A stretch of DNA of 64,000 bases from Gracilinanus agilis (lineage: Eukaryota). Location of the stretch: positions 284,221,308-284,285,307 of the forward strand of contig NC_058134.1 in the NCBI RefSeq assembly GCF_016433145.1, read 5' to 3'. Position 1 is the stretch's first letter. Every line of letters begins with the position of its first letter. This document shows, in pieces, positions 26,445 to 37,544 of the stretch. The position numbers and the translations under genes are program-made. The notes beneath the pieces are model-generated. The model saw only the letters and a list, made by a program, of their open reading frames with translations. It did no database searches and was not told the DNA's origin.

Positions 26445-27383
26445 ATGAGAAATCACACAGGGATAACATTGTTCATACTGCGGGGACTGACAGATGATCC
26501 ACAGCTGCAGGTTGTGCTTTTTATCTTTTTGTTTCTCAACTATATGCTCAGTATAATTGGAAACCTGACAATAATCACTCTTACCTTGGTGGATCCCCAT
26601 CTTAAAACTCCCATGTATTTTTTCCTCAGAAACTTTTCTGTCTTAGAAGTCTCATTCACAACATCCTGCATTCCCAGATACCTCTACAGCATATCCACTG
26701 GGGACAATACCGTTACTTATAATGCCTGTGCCATGCAACTATTTTCTGTCATCTTTCTTGGGGCAGCAGAGTTCTTTCTTTTGGCCACCATGTCCTATGA
26801 TCGCTATGTGGCCATCTGTAAACCTTTACATTATACAACGATCATGAATAACAAAGTATGTAACAGGCTCCTGCTGACTTCTTGGCTGTCTGGGCTGCTG
26901 ATCATCCTCCCACCACTTAGCCTGGGCCTTCAATTAGAATTCTGTGACTCCAATGTTATTGATCATTTTACCTGTGATGCATTTCCCGTGTTAGAGATTT
27001 CATGCACAGACACGACATTCATAGAAAAGATAGCTTTAATTGATGCTATATTGACACTCATCATCACCTTACTCTTTGTGATTTGGTCTTATGCCTCCAT
27101 TGTCCGGACTATTCTGAGATTCCCCTCTGCCCAGCAAAGACAAAAGGCCTTTTCCACTTGTTCATCCCACATGATTGTTGTCTCCATCTCATATGGTAGT
27201 TGCATCTTCATGTATGTCAAATCTTCTGCAAATGAAATGGTAGCTTTGAACAAGGTGGTGTCAGTTCTCATGACCTCTGTTGCACCAGTGATGAACCCCT
27301 TTATTTATACTCTGAGGAACAAACAAGTCATACAAGCTTTTAAGGACTTTGTTAAAAAGATTGCAATTCTCTTAAAGCAGTAA
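26445..27383 (+). CDS. Olfactory receptor (class II, OR6C-like), 312 aa, intact (OR-B)
   Basis: All canonical OR motifs; closest in-window paralogue is OR-A, in opposite orientation. Confidence 0.97.
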   Translation: MRNHTGITLFILRGLTDDPQLQVVLFIFLFLNYMLSIIGNLTIITLTLVDPHLKTPMYFFLRNFSVLEVSFTTSCIPRYLYSISTGDNTVTYNACAMQLFSVIFLGAAEFFLLATMSYDRYVAICKPLHYTTIMNNKVCNRLLLTSWLSGLLIILPPLSLGLQLEFCDSNVIDHFTCDAFPVLEISCTDTTFIEKIALIDAILTLIITLLFVIWSYASIVRTILRFPSAQQRQKAFSTCSSHMIVVSISYGSCIFMYVKSSANEMVALNKVVSVLMTSVAPVMNPFIYTLRNKQVIQAFKDFVKKIAILLKQ

Positions 27384-29066
27384 AAGACTACTGAGCTCCA
27401 GATGCCAAATGGTAAAATAAAAAAAAAAAAGCTGTTCATAATTTCACAACCCTTTATCATTTTTCTTGCTAATCATTCTTTTCTAAAATCTATAAAATAT
27501 AACCTTATCCTTGCTCATTTTTGTCATTTAGGGTGTCATCCCTTCTTCTCTACTGATAAGTATATTCCCTCCTTATATGTTGTGAAATCTGTGGTTCTTT
27601 CTGACCTCCCACTTACAGCTCCTCTAAGGCCCCACTCGTTAGGGTAGCTACTTCTCTAATCCATTCACTCAAGCTTACCTACACTCTCAGACAGATTGAG
27701 GTGATTGATAAAGAGTGAGACTTGGATTTAGGAATACTTAGGCTCAAATTTTTCTTCAGAAATCTACTATCGCTGGGACTCTGGCAAGTCACAGGATCAT
27801 AGGTTTAGAAGAGTAAGGGACTTTAGATGTCATATATTACCCTCTCCTTTTATAGACAAGTAAACGGACCAAGAATGATTAAGTGACTTGCCCAAAGTCA
27901 TAACAGAGGTAAGATCCCAAAGTTAATTTTCTTTCATAGTAGTTTCTTTCCACTTTGCAGCTCACTAACCAAAATCAAGCCAAATTTGCCATGACTAAAG
28001 AAAAAATTACATCGTGTAGTTCCATTCACCACCCCTTTGATTTTCTCCTCCAAAAATATATGTCATTTCTTTGTCTGTTAGAATATAAGCTCTTTCAAGA
28101 CAGAGAGTACCCTGGTTTGTATTTTTTGTATTTGTATCTCCACCTTTCAGCACAGTATTTGGTACATAGTAGGCCCTTAACAATCATTAATTCTCAAAGT
28201 GAATGTATACTTTATAGGGAGTTATACAGAGTATATAAGACCTATTGACATGGATCTTACTTGCTAACAATCCCAAATGTATGTATCTTCTGGAGAAACC
28301 TGAAAAATGGAGGAGGTAGATGAACTGAATAGCCTGCAATGTTTCTTCTACTTCTAAATCTACGATGCTCTGAATCTGTCGTTCTATGATTGTATGAATG
28401 TCGAGGTTTTCTGGAGAATGAGAGTCCACTCCTTTATACAGCTTAAATGCCTTTCCTTTACCTGGGAAAAATACAATGGACATAAGAGTTATCTTGTCTC
28501 TTTGTTGACATAGTTGTATTTTCTGTGTTTAGTTTTCTGTGGGATAAAATAAAGGCCCTTTTTTGTTTTTTTGAAAAAATTTGGATTTTACTTCTTTTAT
28601 TTGCATGATGAAATTGAAGTTCCTAGTGTTTTCTGTAGAGGCCAAGACAAGAGCTTTATTCTGAGGTGGCCAGTAGGAGGGAAACCTTAAAAAGAAGAGT
28701 AGAAATGCAGCTGATCAGTAGCTATATGAAAGTAATTCTCTAGTTGATAAATAATGAAATAAGTGTAATTTGTATGACTTAAATTTCATGTCACATCTAG
28801 GAAATTGGCAAAGAATATAAAAGTATTTTGGAGAGAACTTTGCGAAGATAGCTAAATTAATATGGCATATTGATGTAAATGTAAAATGGTTCAACATTTC
28901 TGGAAAATAATTCAATGCCTCAATCTAAACTGTTCTTGACCTTAGAGCCACAGATATCTGTGATACACACGCTGAAGACATCAAGTGCATTTATTATAAG
29001 AGATTTTTTATTGCTCAGGGGTTTCCTGGTTCCACAAAGTCCCTTTAGTGATAAATGATAAGCCCC

Positions 29067-29388
29067 TTATCACTTATACATCCCAGAATAGACATGGGCT
29101 ATGATTTTAGTGGTTCCTTCTCTATCAGACTCCCTACTAATCCTATCATGATGACTCCTCCCTTTAATAATTATAGCAAGTCAAAACCATTTAAACAAAC
29201 AATCCCTAGTAGGAAAAAAAAACATAACTTACCATATTAATTGTATTACAACTCTCATTAATCATAGCTTTTATCTCATCAGAACTAATTATATTTTATA
29301 TTCTATTTGAAACTATGTTAATTCCAACTCTCATTGTTATCACCTGGTGGGTAGAGTAGCCAAAATGAATGTTTAAACATTGGACTCT
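29067..29388 (+). pseudogene. ND4: NUMT: internal fragment of mitochondrial ND4
   Basis: In the mito code reads ...LLILSWWLLPLMIMASQNHLNKQSL...ELIMFYILFETMLIPTLIVIT...QNECLN, with indels. Confidence 0.9.
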
Positions 29389-29399
29389 CATCCTCTCAT

Positions 29400-29942
29400 C
29401 CCCTAAACCTTACAAATCTGATTAATCTGCCTAATTATTAAACAAAACATGACAATACATGACAAACAAGGCTGAACTTGAACCCTAATAATATCTTTAA
29501 TTCTATTTATTGCCTCTACTAATCTTTTAGGATTACTACCATATTCTTTCACACCAACCAGACAATTATCTATAAATATTGAGCTATTCCACTATGAGTG
29601 GGGACAGTTATTATAGGTTTTTGAAATAAACCAAAAATATCATTAGCCCACTTTTTACCGCAGGATACACCCTTAATCCCAATACTTATTATCGAAACAA
29701 TTAACCTATTCATTCAACCTTTAGCATTAGTGGAAAGACTAACAGCTAACATCACTGCAGGACATCTACTAATTCGCCTTATTGGATCTGTAAACTTAGT
29801 TCTTTCTTCAATTAGCATGACCCTTTCAACCATCACATTCTCAACACTATTTCTTCTCACTATTTTTGAACTAGCCATAGCCATAATTCAAGCTTAGGTC
29901 TTCACACATCTAGTAAGCCTTTACCTACATGATAATTCTTAA
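29400..29942 (+). pseudogene. ATP6: NUMT: 3' three-quarters of mitochondrial ATP6
   Basis: LQIWLI...[26 protein letters not shown]...[12 protein letters not shown]...SLYLHDNS* with frameshifts; TAA overlaps COX3 ATG. Confidence 0.95.
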
Positions 29943-30150
29943 TGACCCACCAAATCCATGTGTACCATATAGTCAATCCAAGCCCATGACCATTAATAGG
30001 AGTCCTCTCAGGACTACTTTTAGCCTCATCTCTACCAACTGTAGGATTAATCTCCATGCTTTTAACAATATATCAATGATGACATGATATTGTTTGAGAA
30101 GGAACATTTCAAAGATATCACATACGCATAGACCAAAAAGGATTACAGTA
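29942..30150 (+). pseudogene. COX3: NUMT: 5' part of COX3
   Basis: MTHQIHVYHMVNPSPWPL...YQWWHDIVWEGTFQ...QKGLQY. Confidence 0.95.
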
Positions 30151-30153
30151 TTT

Positions 30154-30970
30154 TGAGAGGGAATTTAAAACTGTGTTTATTTTAACTTAATGAAGCAGGA
30201 AATTAGAATGCCCCACTTCTTCACACTTAGTCAGACACTTGAAGATCCTTTACCAAGAAAGCTCTCACCCTCAAGAAACAGGAAGTGGAACCCACAGGCA
30301 CTGCCCAGGCAAATTAAGAAACTATGATTCGTTCCTGAGATGTGCTAGACCAGTCCATAGTGAAAGGAAGTAGAAACCAGAGTGACAGGAAGTGATGTGG
30401 GAAAATGACTTATAAAAGGTGAAACCAAAGAGCTTAGATTCATTCTGCTTTGGTGGCTCTTGCTGAAGGAGGCATTCTGTGTTGGAGATTCTTGCTGAAA
30501 GAGAGATTCTGCATTAGTGGCTTGAGGAGTTTGGTTTCAGTGACTTGCTTGGGTTGAGGAGATCCTGGCCAAGGACATTGGCTTTTTAGCTCTTCTCTTA
30601 ACTTCAGTGGTACGCTCTCTTCAGTAAGGCTCAGTCTTTGTGGCATCAGACTCTCTTTTGGTTGGTGACACTCTCTTGGCTGGAGACACTCTCATGGACT
30701 GGTGAGATTCACATTAGGATTTGCACTCTTGGTCTAGAGGCACTTGCATCTGGACTTAGGGTATTTAGCTAGACAATATTTTCTACCTCCTTCTTACATT
30801 TTCCTCTCTTTACTTACTCTTTACTCTACTTTGCTATAATAAAGCTACTTACTCTTTACTCTACTTTGCTATAATAAAGCTACTAAAAGACTCATAGTTT
30901 AGTTTTTAATTATTATCAATGGTGACCACAAGTTTTTATAACTCTTAGTTTGACAAAAACCAATTTTAAC
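30154..30970 (+). mobile_element. Solo LTR inserted in the COX3 pseudogene
   Basis: Begins TGAGAG, AATAAA near 3' end, TATT at both flanks; COX3 resumes at ~30979. Confidence 0.75.
30811..30884 (+). repeat. Perfect 35-bp tandem duplication including the LTR polyA signal
   Basis: TACTTACTCTTTACTCTACTTTGCTATAATAAAGC x2 plus TACT. Confidence 0.95.
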
Positions 30971-30978
30971 TATTGCTG

Positions 30979-31492
30979 CATGGAATAATCCTGTTTACCC
31001 TATAAGAAATTTCTTTTTCTGAGCATTTTACCACTCCAGCTTAGCACCTACTCCAGAATTAGGAGGGTGCTGATCTCTCACAGGTATTCACCCTCTTAAC
31101 CCACTTGAAATTCCACTACTAAATACATCTATTCAGTTAACCACAGGAGTTTCAATCACATGAGCTCATCACAGCCTAACAGAAGGGAACGGTAAACAAA
31201 TAATTCAAGCACTTTCTATTATTATCTTACCAGGACTACATTTCACCATCCTATAAGCCATAGAATACTACTAAGCCTGATGGAATTTATGACTCAACCT
31301 ACTTTGTAGCCACAGGATTCCATGGCCTTCATGAAATTATTGGTTCTACATTGCTGATTGTTTGTCTACTACGTCAATTCTGCTTTCACTTCACCTTAAC
31401 ACACCATTTCAGCTTCGAAGCAGCTGCTTGATACTGACTTTTCATAGATTTTGTATGATTATTCTTATATGTTAATAACTACTGAGGTTCAT
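30979..31492 (+). pseudogene. COX3: NUMT: 3' part of COX3
   Basis: GMILF...FWAFYHSSLAPTPELGGCW...HPLNPLEIPLLNTSI...ATGFHGLH...FEAAAWYW. Confidence 0.95.
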
Positions 31493-31560
31493 ATTTTTCT
31501 AGTATAATGAACACTATTGATTTCTAATCAATAAGTTTTGGGCAAAACCAGAGAAAAATA
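31493..31560 (+). pseudogene. trnG: NUMT: mitochondrial tRNA-Gly pseudogene
   Basis: Sits between COX3 and ND3; acceptor stem TTTTTCT/AGAAAAA; anticodon decayed (TCT). Confidence 0.85.
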
Positions 31561-31909
31561 ATTAACCTCATTATTACATTAACAATTAATTCAGTATTAG
31601 CAAACATTGTAATTGTAATTGCCTTCTGACTCCTCCAACTTTACCTTTACTTAGAAAAATCTAATCCATATGAATGTGGATTTGACCCTTTAGTTTTAGC
31701 CCGATTACCATTTTCTATAAAATACTTTTTAGTAGCAAGCACATTCCTCCTATTTGACCTAGAAATTGCACTTTTACTCCCTTTACCCTGGGCAATTCAA
31801 TTAGCCATCTCAAGCTTCATATTAATACCATCCTACTGCTTAATCATACTACTAATAGCAGACATAGCTTATGAATGAATTTAAAAAAGGCTTAGAATGA
31901 ACCGAATAA
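31561..31909 (+). pseudogene. ND3: NUMT: ND3, full length
   Basis: INLIITLTIN...[12 protein letters not shown]...[32 protein letters not shown]...GLEWTE*. Confidence 0.96.
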
Positions 31910-31977
31910 GTTTTTAATCTAATTAAGATAATTGATTTTTGACTGAATCAGTCATGGTTAAAAACCATGAACACCTT
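31910..31977 (+). pseudogene. trnR: NUMT: mitochondrial tRNA-Arg pseudogene
   Basis: Between ND3 and ND4L; T-arm CATGG/CCATG; anticodon TCG decayed to TTG. Confidence 0.85.
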
Positions 31978-32273
31978 ATAGCACCAATTAATCTTAATAT
32001 AAATATAGCCTTCTTTCTTGCTCTCATAGAAGTCCTACTCTATCACTCTAATTTAAAGTCTACTTTACTATGGCTAGAGAGTATAATACTATCATTATTA
32101 ATTCTAATAGCCCTATTAAACACCCATTACATATATTTTCTACGTCTATAACACCCCTAATATTATTAGTATTCTCTGCTTGTGAAGGAGGAGTATAATT
32201 AGCCTTATTCGTCACCATTTTCAGCACCTATGGAAATGATCATGTCCAAAATCTTAATCTCTTACAATACTAA
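31978..32273 (+). pseudogene. ND4L: NUMT: ND4L
   Basis: PINLNMNMAFFLAL...[13 protein letters not shown]...PLMLLVFSACEGGV...YGNDHVQNLNLLQ. Confidence 0.93.
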
Positions 32274-32335
32274 TCTCAACTTCTCCACTAATTTCAGTAA
32301 TTTAGTACTTCAAAAAATCCTGAGTGTGAATCAAC
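32267..32335 (+). pseudogene. ND4: NUMT: 5' start of ND4, continuing at 33354-33380 after the LTR
   Basis: 7-bp ND4L/ND4 overlap position; ends TGAGTGTGAATCAAC (W-V-W-I-N). Confidence 0.8.
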
Positions 32336-33353
32336 TGTTACGGGAGAATTTGGGAAAGGTGTTAGGTAAAGGGGATTTTGAAGGGATGTTGTCAGGGACT
32401 TGCCAGGTAAATAATATGAGTTGCAGGTAGGATGGAATAGTGGGATTCAGGATATAATATGAGGCTGAAGTCAGGGAGTATAACACTGAAGGTAACAAAG
32501 ATCTTCAGGGAGAGGAGGAATTAATTTGTACAGGCAAAGAGCAGCAGGGCTTATAGACTAGGACTTAGATTAAAGACAAACTGAGGGAAATAGACTGAAT
32601 TGAAATTAACTACAGGCTTTAGTTAATTTCACAGGAAGGGACTTGTTTTGAAGTTACACCTTCCTTCAGGATGGATACCCAGCTTTCCTTCAAGCCCAGA
32701 GTATGTTGGTTCTATTCCTCTTCTTCCCTTTTCTTACTAATTAACTGACAAAGTAACTAACAGGTCTGTTTAAACACAAAAGGGGTTTATTGTCTTCTCA
32801 GGTTAAATTGTCAGGAAAAGAGGAATAAAGGAAGCCCTAACAGTTGTTTAAAGAAACCTCAGGTGGGGGAAGGGATGCAGAGATGCGGTTTGAGCAAGGT
32901 CCTGCCTTAACTCAGCTCTCAAGGAGATCTTGAAATCAAAAGGGAATATGATGATGACTACCTAACCTCTCTAGATAAAGTACTGCAAGAATATAGCTAA
33001 ACCCTCACAGATTTGAAACTACTCTCAGATTCACTCTCCATATTCACTCCTCACAGACATTAGGTAAGGGAAGGAAGGCAGGGAAATGAGATAGGGTATG
33101 GAGATTCAAAGGATTTATCTAAATTAACAAATCTCAAATAAATACTCCAAAGCTAGGCTAAAATTTCAATCTTTAGAAAGGAGAAGAAGCAGCTCGGCTG
33201 GCCCTGGCTCTCTCCACAAGGTCCCAGGTCCAACTGAAACTTTCTTCCAAGATTCTAAACTCCTAACTGACTTCAGAACTCAGCCAAAGCCTGTAAAAAC
33301 TGTTCTGACCCCCTCTCTCTGTACTACACAACCCAACATCCCATAGTCTTACA
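32336..33353 (-). mobile_element. Solo LTR inserted in the ND4 pseudogene
   Basis: TGTTAC...CTTACA ends, antisense AATAAA ~32784, related to LTR 10815-11895; no clear TSD. Confidence 0.85.
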
Positions 33354-33377
33354 ATTAGCATTAATAACTTATCACTT

Positions 33378-33648
33378 ATATCATGCTAATATCTCAATAA
33401 ATTCCATGACAACTATTTTCTTCATAGGTTCATCCCTCAATTATATCTTTCCTTACCTTAATACAACATTTATACTTAAAACACTACTCTGAACAGTAGC
33501 TTTGTTATGAATCTGAGTATTATATCCGTGATTCTGAAATGATCAACTAATGTACTTATAAAAAAGCCCACTACCAATTACATTAGCACTCTGCTTATGC
33601 TTTACTTTCATTCCAATTGCAATATCAAGCATCCCCCTACAAATATAA
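33378..33648 (+). pseudogene. ND1: NUMT: 3' part of ND1
   Basis: IML...TTIFFMGSSLNY...TFMLKTLL...LW...YPWFWNDQLMYL...LPITLALCL...IPIAMSSIPLQM*. Confidence 0.9.
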
Positions 33649-33665
33649 GAAAATATAAAAAAATA

Positions 33666-33849
33666 AGAAATATGTCTGAGAAAATAATTATCTCAATATG
33701 ATAAGTTATATTTATCCTTATTTCTCCCTTATTTCTAGGACAATAGAAATTAAACCTCAAAATTCTCTGTTTCCTTTACACCACATTCTAGTAAGGTCAA
33801 CTCTTGGCCCCGTACCCAGAAAATATTGGTTTACATCCTTCCCATACTA
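33666..33849 (+). pseudogene. trnI/trnQ/trnM: NUMT: tRNA-Ile, tRNA-Gln (minus strand, anticodon arm partly deleted), tRNA-Met (D-arm partly deleted)
   Basis: AGAAATATGTCTGA (Ile start), CTAGGACAATAG...CACCACATTCTAG (Gln antisense), AGTAAGGTCA...TTGGTTTACATCCTTCCCATACTA (Met); canonical I-Q-M order between ND1 and ND2. Confidence 0.88.
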
Positions 33850-33983
33850 ATGTCTCCATATGTACTAATAATTATCCCAGTTTACTAATATTACAATAAT
33901 TTATAATTACATTATAAATAAGATTACACTAATTAGTAACCACTGACTAACCACTTGAATAGGTTTGGAAATGAACACACTAC
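33850..33983 (+). pseudogene. ND2: NUMT: 5' start of ND2
   Basis: MSPYVLMI...ITLISNHWLTTWMGLEMNTL; the MSPYV start resembles marsupial ND2 as recalled. Confidence 0.9.
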
Positions 33984-33985
33984 TT

Positions 33986-34690
33986 GCTCATATATCAGGC
34001 TTCCATTGCTTCAATTCTATCCCTAACTCATATTTCTGATGAACAATTCTATGTTGGGCTTTAGTCCAAAGGATCCTCTGCATCAGGAACCCAAGGAGCT
34101 TGTGGGAGAGAAATAAAAAAGGTACTCAGAGTAAAGATGTGAATCAAGCATGGAAGAGGTAGTTTTATTTTTTCACATAATGGACAATGCTAAGTAATAA
34201 AAAATTATACGATGATTATAATGAGATGAGAGGCTGGTATAAAAGCCTCCTTGATTTATTTATAGCTGGACTTCTTAAGTATTTTACACTTCATCCTGAA
34301 TAAGTAGAGCCTAATCAATGCCAAGAAGGCTCTTCATTTTTCTTTGCTCTTTCTATAGATGATTTTCAATTGTTGCTGCTCTGTAATACCTGCACAATTC
34401 AGCTGATATCCTACTGCTGGTATACTCAGGAAAGGGATAGTTTCCTTCCAGTGGCTACCTTTGGAGATCTTGCAAGGCCTATCTATACCGAAGAAAACAC
34501 AAAGTGTACATAACTTCATATGAGACACATTCGTTTTACCTCAAATGCATTTCAGCCAAGTGAAGGGGAAAATACCATTCCCTCCAAATAATATTCTAAA
34601 GCTAGAATAAAGCTCTTTATACCAGCAAGACAAAGAATCATGGGCCAGGGATTATTCTTTAGCGTATCCATAGCTTTGTGCTCAGTAACA
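33986..34690 (-). mobile_element. LTR-like element abutting the NUMT right end
   Basis: TG...GTAACA bounded, antisense TTTATT motifs; family unresolved. Confidence 0.4.
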
Positions 34691-35780
34691 AATTAACAGT
34701 GGATTCATGAGAAATAAGAAGTCATGAGATATCTTTGGCTACTCAGAAGTTAGGGAGTTCCATAATGTATTCAGAAATATTGATAGTAATCTGGTCTCAG
34801 ATATTTTCTGGCTGTGTGACCAGGTCTAGTCACTGAAACCCCACTGCCTAGCTCTTACCACTTTTCCACCTTGGATTCAATGAACAGTATTGATTCTAAG
34901 AAGGAAATTAAGGGTTAAAAAATGATAATAGCTCGTTTTGAGATGGTTAAAACAGCAGTATAAATGGATAAAGAAATACTAGAAAACAAATTACCAATTC
35001 CAGGTCACATGACTGACATGCTAATTGGCTACATATTTTCTTCAGTACATTTTAACTTTAAAAAAGATAAACATTTCTCCAATAAAATTTTGATATAAAA
35101 TATATAACTAACTATAAAACTATATGTAACTATAACTATATGTATGTGTTTATATATTCCTATATATATATATATCTCAAAGTCATTTCAAAGGATATGA
35201 ATAGATCTTAAAAGAATTGAAATATGTTAAAATCATATGACAAATGTTCCAAGTCACTAATAATAAGAGAAATGCAAATCAAAACAACCCTAAAGTTTTA
35301 CTGCAAATTATCAAAGATAACAAAAGATAGGAATACTCAATGTTGAAGCAATTTTGCAAGGATACACACACTTTCATATTTTTGGTGGCACCATGAATCA
35401 ATATATCCATTTTGGAAAACAATTTGAAATTATTGAAATAAAGTGATTAAAATATATTTACCCATTATTTTGTCCTCCAAGTACTTTATTAATAAGAAGA
35501 ACATGTTCACATACACCAAAATATTTATAACAGGTCTTTTTTTTGATGGTATAGAGTTGGAAACAAAGCAGTTGCCCATCATTAGGATATATAAATATGA
35601 TGAAATATGACTAAGCCATAAGAAATGATGAATGTAACCAGGATATGGGATCATAGATTGATGGTGGGGGAAGCAAGACAGGAAAAGACAAGAAAGCAAT
35701 ATACACAATGACTATAACAATGTAAATGGAAAGAATAACCATAGAAAATGAAAAATGAATGTTTAAAAATTATAGCTAGA

Positions 35781-36008
35781 GGGGGCAGCTGGGTAGCTCA
35801 GTGGATTGAGAGTCAGGTTTAGAGACGGGAGGTCCTAGGTTCAAATCTGGCCTCAGACACTTCCCAGCTGTGTGACCCTGGGCAAGTCACTTGACCCCCA
35901 TTGCTCACGCTATGGAGCCAATAAACAGAAGTTAAGGGTTAAAAAAAACCCCTTCCACCATGGAGCCAATACACAGAAGTTAAGGGTTTAAAAAATTAAG
36001 ATAAAAAA
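35781..36008 (+). mobile_element. Full-length SINE1_Mdo-like SINE with duplicated 3' tail
   Basis: GGGGCAGCTGGGTAGCTCAG start; TSD AAAAATTATAGCTA (35765-35778 / 36004-36017). Confidence 0.93.
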
Positions 36009-37544
36009 TTATAGCTATAAGAAGACTTCCACTCCATCCCATTATAAAGGTGAGAGGTCCACAGAGGTTTTACTCTGAATATATTTTCAGACTTTAATAT
36101 GTTGATTAGTATTGCTAAAATTATGATTTGTAATATAAGATAGCTTTCTGGGAGAGAAGGGGAAGAATACATAAAAAACAGAAGTTATCAATTAAAAGCT
36201 TAATTTTTTAAAAGGCTTGCCAGGTATTTTTGCACAATAATCTGTAGTGTGTTGTTTCTTTTTCAGATATTTGATCTTTGATGTAGGGAAACAACATTTG
36301 GAATCAGAATTATCTTATGATGGGCTATAATATGTTGATATAGTCTTTGCAATGATTTTTTGATATAAGATGAAGGCAACACAGGTGCTATAGCAGTTCT
36401 TCAGGGTATCATTGTTGGGAATTAAATGATGTTTTCTAAAGTTTTATTGCCCTGTAGTTGCTTTTAACAAATGGAAAAGTCAAAGAGAAGAAATTAGGAG
36501 TCATAGTATCTTAGAACTAAAAGGAGCCTTCAACATTAACCTCTTGAATTCTGTCATCTTGCAGAAGAGAAAGCTGAGGACAAATCTTTTGGAATGGTTT
36601 GCATAAGGTTACACAGATAGCAGGAAAGTAGTAGCATTACTGTGACCTGAAATGTCTACTTTCCTGATTTTCTAGTTCTAAGCTCTTTCAGTGGAACTAA
36701 ATCTGTTCTTTGCATTTACATTAAGAAAAAAAAAACAAAGACTGTTCAGGCAAGTCTCGTGGAGAACCTAATAAGATGAACATTTAGATGTATCTTCTTC
36801 AAATTAACACTTAAGAACAGAACTCACTAGTTTCAATTTCTGAGCATTGGCATCTATATTCTGCTCTCCTTTGTGGGGACAGGCTGTGTCTCAGAATGTT
36901 TGTGTAGCTAGGCCTCTAAAAATAGTTTGAACCATGTATAAATTATTTAATCATCATCTATTGTTTTCAGTTAGCCATACCTTTGCTTACTTTTATTAAC
37001 ATGGATAATTGAAAAGTCATTATGTCTTTCTATTTGATAAATAAAATCAATAGGCCACCTATTTTATTAGGTCTTAGAATATACCACAAGTCTCCATAGC
37101 ATTTGAACATTCATACTTTGTATGCAGCTAGCTGATGTGGTGGATAAAACTCTGGGTTTGGAATCAATCAGGAGAAGGTAAACTACTCCACTATCTTTGT
37201 GAGGAAAATCCCAAAATGGGATCTGGAAGAGTCAGACAAGACTGAAACAACTCATCAACAATAACAACACCTTGTTTGCAAAATGTGGCATAAACAACTG
37301 CATCAAGCAAATACATGATCAGAAAAGTTATGAGATTAGTGGTATAGACATAATGCTCGCCTTGATAACAATAACGGAGGAATACCCTTCCATTAAGTCA
37401 TGGGCATTGAACCCAAGTCTTGATCAGTAGTTCATGGATCTAAGAGACATGATAGGAAGGGAATTTCCTATTCCAGAGGCCTGGGATTTAGGCCCTCATT
37501 CCTTGCTCTCTTTAGTGAAGGCAGATAGTTCTGCCTCAGAAAAT

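Noticed and set aside
31939-32151. 70-aa ORF as a novel membrane peptide
   Set aside because: It is the ND4L pseudogene read in the standard code from within tRNA-Arg
29067-33983. Functional mitochondrial genes or mtDNA contamination of the assembly
   Set aside because: Stops and frameshifts even in the mitochondrial code, CpG decay, broken tRNAs and LTR insertions show an old nuclear copy
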